Part shown: positions 57,958 to 64,000 of the stretch, in pieces | Numbering within the stretch: position 1 is the stretch's first letter | How the letters are laid out: each line of letters begins with the position of its first letter | DNA from: Betaproteobacteria bacterium | Lineage (GTDB): Bacteria > Pseudomonadota > Gammaproteobacteria > Burkholderiales > Methylophilaceae | Length of the DNA stretch: 64,000 nucleotides | NCBI GenBank assembly: GCA_016868195.1 | Contig: VGHQ01000004.1 | Span: 17,273 to 81,272, forward strand | Reading direction: 5' to 3' | Notes under the pieces: generated by a model | Told to the model about the DNA's origin: nothing | Seen by the model: only the letters and a program-made list of their open reading frames with translations | Databases searched by the model: none | Program-made: the position numbers and the translations under genes

Positions 57958-58887
57958 ATGCAATTAACCTTTCAAGACATCATTCTCAAACTTCAAAATT
58001 ATTGGGCTAACCAAGGATGCGCTATTCTTCAGCCATACGATATGGAGGTTGGTGCAGGCACTTCACACACAGCAACTTTTTTGAGGGCGCTAGGACCCGA
58101 GCCCTGGAAGGCAACTTATGTCCAACCAAGTCGACGTCCAAAAGATGGGCGCTATGGTAAAAATCCAAATAGGCTTCAACATTATTATCAACTACAGGTT
58201 GTTTTGAAGCCTTCACCATTGGATATCTTAGAGCTTTATTTGGGTTCACTCAAAGCGCTCGGATTTAATCTTAAGGAAAATGATATTCGCTTTGTTGAAG
58301 ATGATTGGGAAAACCCAACGCTTGGCGCTTGGGGTTTGGGTTGGGAAGTTTGGCTCAATGGAATGGAAATTACTCAATTCACTTATTTTCAACAAGTAGG
58401 CGGTATTGACTGCAAACCAATCACGGGAGAAATAACTTACGGGCTCGAAAGGCTTGCAATGTATATTCAAGGAGTAGACAACGTTTATGACCTTATCTGG
58501 ACCGACAATTTAAAATATGGTGATGTCTATCTTCAAAACGAAATTGAACAAAGTGCATATAACTTTGAACATAGTGACGCTGACTTTCTATTTCAAGCTT
58601 TTACAGCTCACGAAAAAGAAGCCAATCATCTCATGACCGAGCGCTTAGCTCTTCCCGCATATGAACAAGTTTTAAAAGCAGCGCATTCTTTTAATCTTTT
58701 GGATGCAAGAGGCTCTATTAGCATCACCGAAAGAGCAGAATATATTGGTCGCATTAGAAATTTAGCGAGGAATGTTGCGAATAGTTACGTTCAAAGCCGG
58801 GCAAATTTAGGCTTCCCATTGGCTGATAAAAATCATGCAAAAGAAATCATTGATCAACTTAATGCAAAAAAGATCATTAAATCGTGA
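57958..58887 (+). CDS. glyQ: glycine--tRNA ligase alpha subunit
   Basis: 309 aa with [31 protein letters not shown]. Confidence 0.97.
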   Translation: MQLTFQDIILKLQNYWANQGCAILQPYDMEVGAGTSHTATFLRALGPEPWKATYVQPSRRPKDGRYGKNPNRLQHYYQLQVVLKPSPLDILELYLGSLKALGFNLKENDIRFVEDDWENPTLGAWGLGWEVWLNGMEITQFTYFQQVGGIDCKPITGEITYGLERLAMYIQGVDNVYDLIWTDNLKYGDVYLQNEIEQSAYNFEHSDADFLFQAFTAHEKEANHLMTERLALPAYEQVLKAAHSFNLLDARGSISITERAEYIGRIRNLARNVANSYVQSRANLGFPLADKNHAKEIIDQLNAKKIIKS

Positions 58888-60983
58888 AGCTAGATAATTT
58901 ACTTATAGAGCTTTTAACGGAGGAGTTACCTCCAAAATCACAAAAACAACTTGGTATAGTATTTGCAAAAAGTGTAAAAGAATTTCTTATAAAACATCAT
59001 CTCGCAAGTGAATCATCTGAAGATTCGATTTTTTCTACGCCAAGAAGAATCGGTATCTATTTAAAAGATGTCAAAGATGAAGCTGAGAAGCAAAATATAT
59101 CTATCAAATTAATGCCAGTATCTGTTGGATTTGACGTGTCAGGTAAACCAACGGAAGCTTTATTAAAAAAATTACATGCAATTGGTTTGGATGAAAAATC
59201 TATAAATCTGATCGCTAAAAAAAATGAAAATAATAGTGATATTTTATATATTGATAAAGATATAGAAGGAGCAAAATTAAAAAATATTATTGCTGAATGT
59301 ATTTCGTCAAGCTTGATATGTTTACCAATTAAAAAAATGATGTCGTATCAACTTTTGGATGGATGGACTACTGTTAATTTTGTTAGGCCAGCCCATGGAC
59401 TAATTATTCTTCACGGTGCCAATATTATCAAAACAAATATTCTGGGTATCGAATCTAATCGAAGAACATTGGGTCATCGCTTTGAATCAAAAAAAGAAAT
59501 GATTGAGATTCAACATGCTGATCAATACAAAGAACAAATGAAAACTGAAGGCAATGTCATTGTATCTTTCGATGAAAGAAAAGCGCTTATCAAAAATGAA
59601 TTAGATAATCAAGCTGCTAGCCTCCCGAATCAACTTACCCCTATCAACGATGAGGATCTTCTTGAAGAGGTCACAGCGCTTGTTGAATATCCAAATGTTA
59701 TACTGGGTGAATTTGAGTCGAAGTTTCTTGAGGTGCCTCAAGAGTGTCTTATTTTAACTATGAAAGCTAATCAAAAATACTTCCCCTTAATTGATAAAAA
59801 CAAGAAACTGGCAAATCAATTTTTAATTGTTTCAAATATATCTCCAAAAAATTCTATTCTCATCATTCAAGGCAATGAGAAAGTTATCAGGCCAAGACTA
59901 TCAGATGCAGAGTTTTTTTATACCCAAGATAAAAAAAAGCCTCTTGAAGATTACCTCTCACAACTTCAACATATTGTCTATCACAACAAACTTGGCACCC
60001 AATCTGAGAGGGCCAAAAGAGTTAAAATAATCGCGTCTCTGATCGTAAAAAATTTAAATCAACCTAAATTACTCGAAGATGTAATGCTTGCATCCGATTT
60101 ATCTAAAGCTGATTTATCTTCTAATATGGTAGGTGAGTTCCCTGAACTCCAAGGTATTATGGGTAGATATTATGCACTAAATGAAAAAATTTCAGAAGAA
60201 GTGGCGTTTGCTATTGAAGATCATTACAAGCCAAGATTTTCTGGCGATACACTTCCAAGAAGCTCTGTAGGAGATATCGTAGCGATTGCTGACAAAATTG
60301 AAACTTTAATAGGTTTATTTAGTATTGGTGAAAAGCCGACGGGCGACAAAGATCCTTTTGCATTAAGACGTCAAGTTATAGGAATCATTCGTATTCTTAC
60401 CGAAAAAAATATCGACCTTAATTTAAATACAACTATTTCTGATTCTATTCAGGCCACCAAATTAACAGAATCTAAAGATCTTCATTCTTTTATCTTCGAT
60501 CGAATCTCCAATTTTTTCAAAGATCAAGGTTATGCTACGCTTGATATCGAAGCTGTCCTTGCGATTGACTCAGGATTGATTAGCGAGATACCTAAAAGAT
60601 TAATTGCAATTAAAGAATTTTCCCAGCTTCCTGAGTCTAGAGATTTAGCATCAGCCAACAAAAGAGTTAGAAATATTCTTAAAAAAGCAAATCTGAAATC
60701 CACGTTAAAAGTTAATCAGGCTTTACTTAAAGACAAAGCCGAAGTTAATTTATATAAAACATTAGATTTGGTAGATGCTGAAGCTAGAAAAGAATATCTA
60801 ACGAAAAATTATTCAGGTTCATTAAAATTACTTTGCAAACTCAAAAATCCTATTGATCAGTTTTTTAACGATATCATGGTAAATGCAGAGGATGAATCGC
60901 TTAAGATGAATCGACTTGCCCTTCTTGAAAAACTCTACTCAGCAATGAATTTAGTTGCTGACTTATCTAAACTCTCATCTTAA
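58884..60983 (+). CDS. glyS: glycine--tRNA ligase beta subunit
   Basis: 699 aa with a GTG start overlapping the glyQ stop, and [14 protein letters not shown]-terminus. Confidence 0.95.
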   Translation: MKLDNLLIELLTEELPPKSQKQLGIVFAKSVKEFLIKHHLASESSEDSIFSTPRRIGIYLKDVKDEAEKQNISIKLMPVSVGFDVSGKPTEALLKKLHAIGLDEKSINLIAKKNENNSDILYIDKDIEGAKLKNIIAECISSSLICLPIKKMMSYQLLDGWTTVNFVRPAHGLIILHGANIIKTNILGIESNRRTLGHRFESKKEMIEIQHADQYKEQMKTEGNVIVSFDERKALIKNELDNQAASLPNQLTPINDEDLLEEVTALVEYPNVILGEFESKFLEVPQECLILTMKANQKYFPLIDKNKKLANQFLIVSNISPKNSILIIQGNEKVIRPRLSDAEFFYTQDKKKPLEDYLSQLQHIVYHNKLGTQSERAKRVKIIASLIVKNLNQPKLLEDVMLASDLSKADLSSNMVGEFPELQGIMGRYYALNEKISEEVAFAIEDHYKPRFSGDTLPRSSVGDIVAIADKIETLIGLFSIGEKPTGDKDPFALRRQVIGIIRILTEKNIDLNLNTTISDSIQATKLTESKDLHSFIFDRISNFFKDQGYATLDIEAVLAIDSGLISEIPKRLIAIKEFSQLPESRDLASANKRVRNILKKANLKSTLKVNQALLKDKAEVNLYKTLDLVDAEARKEYLTKNYSGSLKLLCKLKNPIDQFFNDIMVNAEDESLKMNRLALLEKLYSAMNLVADLSKLSS

Positions 60984-60986
60984 ATT

Positions 60987-61529
60987 ATGAAATTAGTCAT
61001 TCTAGATAGAGATGGCGTAATCAATGAAGATAGCGTGAATTTTATTAAAGCGCCTAATGAATGGATCCCTATTCAAGACAGTCTAGAGTCAATCGCGCTT
61101 TTAAACCAATCTGGCTTTAAAGTTGTCATAGCAACCAATCAATCAGGAATTAGCCGAGGTCTATTTGATGTATCCACGCTTAATCGTATTCATGAAAAAA
61201 TGTTTAAATTACTTTCTCAACAGGGTGGGCATATTGATGCTATCTTTTTCTGCCCTCATCGGGCCGAAGAGGAGTGTGAATGTCGCAAACCAAAACCAGG
61301 CATGTTAAAAGAAATTGCCCATCGATTTGGGATAGATTTAAAAAAAGCGCCAGGTATAGGAGACTCCCTAAGGGATCTCCAAGCCTTTGATGCAGTCGGT
61401 GTCCAACCTATACTTGTTAAAACAGGCAAAGGTGAAGAGACGCTTGCTAAAGGTGGATTACCCAAGAATACCTGGATTTGTGAAAATCTCGCAGAGGCGA
61501 CACAAAGAATTATTACGGAGTACGCTTAA
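60987..61529 (+). CDS. gmhB: D-glycero-beta-D-manno-heptose 1,7-bisphosphate 7-phosphatase
   Basis: 180 aa with HAD motif ILDRDGVIN and the zinc-binding CPH...CECRKPKPGM insert. Confidence 0.9.
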   Translation: MKLVILDRDGVINEDSVNFIKAPNEWIPIQDSLESIALLNQSGFKVVIATNQSGISRGLFDVSTLNRIHEKMFKLLSQQGGHIDAIFFCPHRAEEECECRKPKPGMLKEIAHRFGIDLKKAPGIGDSLRDLQAFDAVGVQPILVKTGKGEETLAKGGLPKNTWICENLAEATQRIITEYA

Positions 61530-61538
61530 CTTAAAATA

Positions 61539-62246
61539 ATGCTTTATTTAAGATCCATAATTTTTCTGGTTGGTATGTGGATTTTTACTATCCCATTTAC
61601 CTTGACATCCTTGCTTACATTCCCCTGTCCGCCCGTTACAAGATATAAATTTATTTCAATTTGGGCAAAAACAATGCTATATTGGCTTCGAATTTCCTGT
61701 AATCTAAATTTTGTTGTCAAAGGGGAGCAAAACATAGGTTCCACAGCATCGATTGTACTTTCTAAACATCAATCAGCATGGGAAACTCTTGCTTTTCAAA
61801 AAATCTTTCCTCCGCAAGTTTGGGTTTTAAAACAAGAATTATTGTGGATTCCATTTTTCGGATGGGGTTTAGCGATGGCTTCTCCGATTGCCATTAATCG
61901 AAAAGCAGGACGAAAATCTCTAGAACAAATTCTTACACAAGGCCTCGATCGACTTAAAAAAGGTTTTTGGATTGTTATGTTTCCTGAAGGCACGCGAACT
62001 CAGCCTGGACAAAAAGGTAAATACCATATTGGTGGCGCTTGGGTAGCCTCAAAAACAAATACACAAGTTATTCCCGTTGCTCATAATGCAGGTTTATTTT
62101 GGCCAAAAAATTCAATTCTTAAAAAACCTGGAACAATTCAAGTTAGTATCGGCAAGCCCATTGATGTAAAAAATAAAGAGCCTAATGAAATTATTAAGCT
62201 TACTGAAAATTGGATTGAAAAAGAGGTTTTATATTTAAATGATTAA
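61539..62246 (+). CDS. plsC: 1-acyl-sn-glycerol-3-phosphate acyltransferase
   Basis: 235 aa with the acyltransferase block SKHQSAWE and FPEGTR. Confidence 0.88.
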   Translation: MLYLRSIIFLVGMWIFTIPFTLTSLLTFPCPPVTRYKFISIWAKTMLYWLRISCNLNFVVKGEQNIGSTASIVLSKHQSAWETLAFQKIFPPQVWVLKQELLWIPFFGWGLAMASPIAINRKAGRKSLEQILTQGLDRLKKGFWIVMFPEGTRTQPGQKGKYHIGGAWVASKTNTQVIPVAHNAGLFWPKNSILKKPGTIQVSIGKPIDVKNKEPNEIIKLTENWIEKEVLYLND

Positions 62247-62961
62247 TTTAAAACCCACCAATCTTGAACTTTTTTTACCCAGTGGAAAAAAAATTAAATA
62301 CCTCCTAAAAAGAAGAAATCGAAGAACGATTGGTTTGAAAGTCGATCATGATGGTCTTGTTATTCATGCACCAATTCTTATTCCAAGATCTCGGATTGAA
62401 GAGCTTATTGCGCCAAAACTTGACTGGATTCAAGAAAAACTCTCTCTACAATTAAGTAAGAAGAACAAAGTTCACTGGAAAACAGGTGAAGTAATTCATA
62501 TTTTGGGCAATAAAGTTATTCTTAGTCTCAAGACAAGTAGGACAAATTCCGTTCTCCAGGACAAAGATATACTGCATGTCGAGACAAATCGCATACATGA
62601 TCAAATCCATTCTGCCAAGCTTGTATCAAAATGGCTAAAAGAAAAAGCATTAAAAGATTTTGTTCGAAGAGTGGAAGTATTTAGCGTAAAACTAAACGTT
62701 CATCCTTCTAATGTGTATCTATCAAATGCAAAATCTCGATGGGGAAGTTGTAACTCTAAAAAAGAAATTAGGCTTAATTGGAGGCTAATTCAAGCACCAC
62801 CACATATTATTAATTATGTGATCTGTCATGAATTAGCACACCTAAAAGAAATGAATCATTCAAATCGCTTTTGGGAAGAGTTAGAAAAAGTACTTCCTGA
62901 ATATCGCTCATCAGAAAAAGAACTTAAAACTCTCTCGAGCGACTTATATCTCATTAGTTAG
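62239..62961 (+). CDS. YgjP-like M48/DUF45 zinc metallohydrolase
   Basis: 240 aa with HELAHL zinc motif (VICHELAHLKEMNHS) and RWGSC upstream. Confidence 0.8.
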   Translation: MINLKPTNLELFLPSGKKIKYLLKRRNRRTIGLKVDHDGLVIHAPILIPRSRIEELIAPKLDWIQEKLSLQLSKKNKVHWKTGEVIHILGNKVILSLKTSRTNSVLQDKDILHVETNRIHDQIHSAKLVSKWLKEKALKDFVRRVEVFSVKLNVHPSNVYLSNAKSRWGSCNSKKEIRLNWRLIQAPPHIINYVICHELAHLKEMNHSNRFWEELEKVLPEYRSSEKELKTLSSDLYLIS

Positions 62962-62962
62962 G

Positions 62963-63538
62963 TTAGATTAGCTTTGCAAGGTCGTTTGCTATGTCCTCAG
63001 GTTTTTCTCCATGACTTATGCGAAGCTTAATGCCTCCTTGCTTATCGATCACATATAACCCTGCACTGTGATCAATTGTATAGCCCGCTTTACTTCCATC
63101 ATCCACTCTTTTATAAAAAATCTTAAATTGACTTGCGACTTTAACTATATCGCTTTCTGATCCAGTAAGGCCGAGAAAAGAGCTATTGAATGTCGGAATA
63201 AATTTCTTTAAAACATCCTCAGTATCGCGAACTGGATCTAAGGTAATAAAAATAACTTGTACGCCTGAAGCTTTTTCTTTGAGGAGAGTCATTGTTTTTT
63301 TAAGATCAGTCATCGTTGTGGGGCATATATCAGGACAATGTGTAAATCCAAAAAAAAGTACTACAACCTTTCCTCGAAAATCTTCTAATGTCCGTGTGCG
63401 TCCGTTAAAATCTCTTAAATTAAAAGCCGCATTCATATGAGCTGAACTTATATCGGTACCTACAAAAATTTCATCTTGAGCCTTTTGACAAGAAAGAAGA
63501 CAAATAAAGATTAAAAATAAAAGTGCAATTTTTTTCAT
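62963..63538 (-). CDS. SCO1/SenC copper chaperone lipoprotein (thioredoxin fold)
   Basis: 191 aa with lipobox LLSC and the CxxxC copper motif FTHCPDICP plus a conserved downstream His (IDHSAGLYV). Confidence 0.88.
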   Translation of the reverse strand: MKKIALLFLIFICLLSCQKAQDEIFVGTDISSAHMNAAFNLRDFNGRTRTLEDFRGKVVVLFFGFTHCPDICPTTMTDLKKTMTLLKEKASGVQVIFITLDPVRDTEDVLKKFIPTFNSSFLGLTGSESDIVKVASQFKIFYKRVDDGSKAGYTIDHSAGLYVIDKQGGIKLRISHGEKPEDIANDLAKLI

Positions 63539-63637
63539 AATATATTTCTCAATAAAAGCGATTCATTTTATCATGTTAATAAATGGCAATAAGCCTCAAA
63601 GAAACCTAACAAAGATTTACCAATTTTAAGGAAAAAT

Positions 63638-64000
63638 ATGGCAATCTCAACATCAATGGAAAACCGTGACGGACACATATGGTTTGATAATAAAATGACG
63701 CCTTGGCGTGAAGCAAAGACTCATGTGCTTTCACACACACTTCACTATGGTATGGGCGTCTTTGAAGGGGTAAGAGCTTATAAAGCAAGTAAAGGTACTG
63801 CCATTTTTAGACTTAAAGAACATACAGATCGCCTCTTTAATTCTGCTCATATTCTTGGAATGAAAATCCCTTACGATAAAAATGTCATTATGGATGCTCA
63901 CAAGAAAGCTGTTAAAGAAAACAAACTGGAATCTGCTTACATTAGACCTATGGCATTTTATGGCGCCGAAGCTATGGGTATTTCAGCAAAAACCTTATCA
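63638..64000 (+). CDS. ilvE: branched-chain amino acid aminotransferase, N-terminal 121 codons (continues beyond window end)
   Basis: My own translation is MAISTSMENRDGHIWFDNKMTPWREAKTHVLSHTLHYGMGVFEGVRAY...AYIRPMAFYG. AAGGA lies upstream of the ATG. The frame is open to position 64000. Confidence 0.88.
   Translation, partial: MAISTSMENRDGHIWFDNKMTPWREAKTHVLSHTLHYGMGVFEGVRAYKASKGTAIFRLKEHTDRLFNSAHILGMKIPYDKNVIMDAHKKAVKENKLESAYIRPMAFYGAEAMGISAKTLS

Noticed and set aside
57931-57965. Small AT-only inverted repeat (ATGAATT-N7-AATTCAT) overlapping the glyQ start
   Set aside because: The 7-bp all-A/T stem is too weak and too likely by chance to call.

Overview
This window is a dense, AT-rich, almost entirely housekeeping stretch of chromosome from a streamlined betaproteobacterium. 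Gene order and protein sequences suggest a Methylophilaceae/OM43-like organism, but that assignment is inference. The supporting blocks are an edd-eda KDPG module, ubiE-ubiJ-ubiB, lolB-ispE-tRNA-Gln-prs-rplY-pth-ychF, rsmD/ftsYEX-rpoH and miaB-phoH-ybeY-corC-lnt.

I call 65 CDS (carB and ilvE truncated by the window edges), 2 tRNAs (Gln-TTG, Met-CAT), and several promoters, operators and hairpins read directly from the sequence. From the called coordinates only about 2.2 kb (about 3.5 percent) is intergenic. I found no rRNA, CRISPR array, IS element, integrase, phage gene, toxin-antitoxin pair or recognisable defence system, so I do not see an accessory island or an obviously new multi-gene system.

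The most interesting signals are regulatory and architectural:
1. rpoH control region: a near-perfect CIRCE (HrcA operator) lies inside a consensus sigmaE-type promoter. The ORF-track start codon sits inside the operator.
2. Heat-shock promoters: sigma32-type promoters precede grpE and dnaK, while hrcA, grpE, dnaK and dnaJ all lack CIRCE.
3. Convergent genes: four convergent pairs have physically overlapping stop codons and two more abut within 0-1 nt, leaving no room for terminators.
4. Uncharacterised ABC module: a four-gene GldA/GldF/GldG-like transporter plus DUF4340 is retained in a very compact genome.
5. EF-hand protein: a secreted two-EF-hand protein with a Cys-bracketed loop is divergent from ompR-envZ, with OmpR-like tandem half-sites between them.
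6. carAB leader: a consensus promoter is followed by a leader hairpin and U-tract.

All functional calls rest on motif and family recognition by eye. No database search was run.
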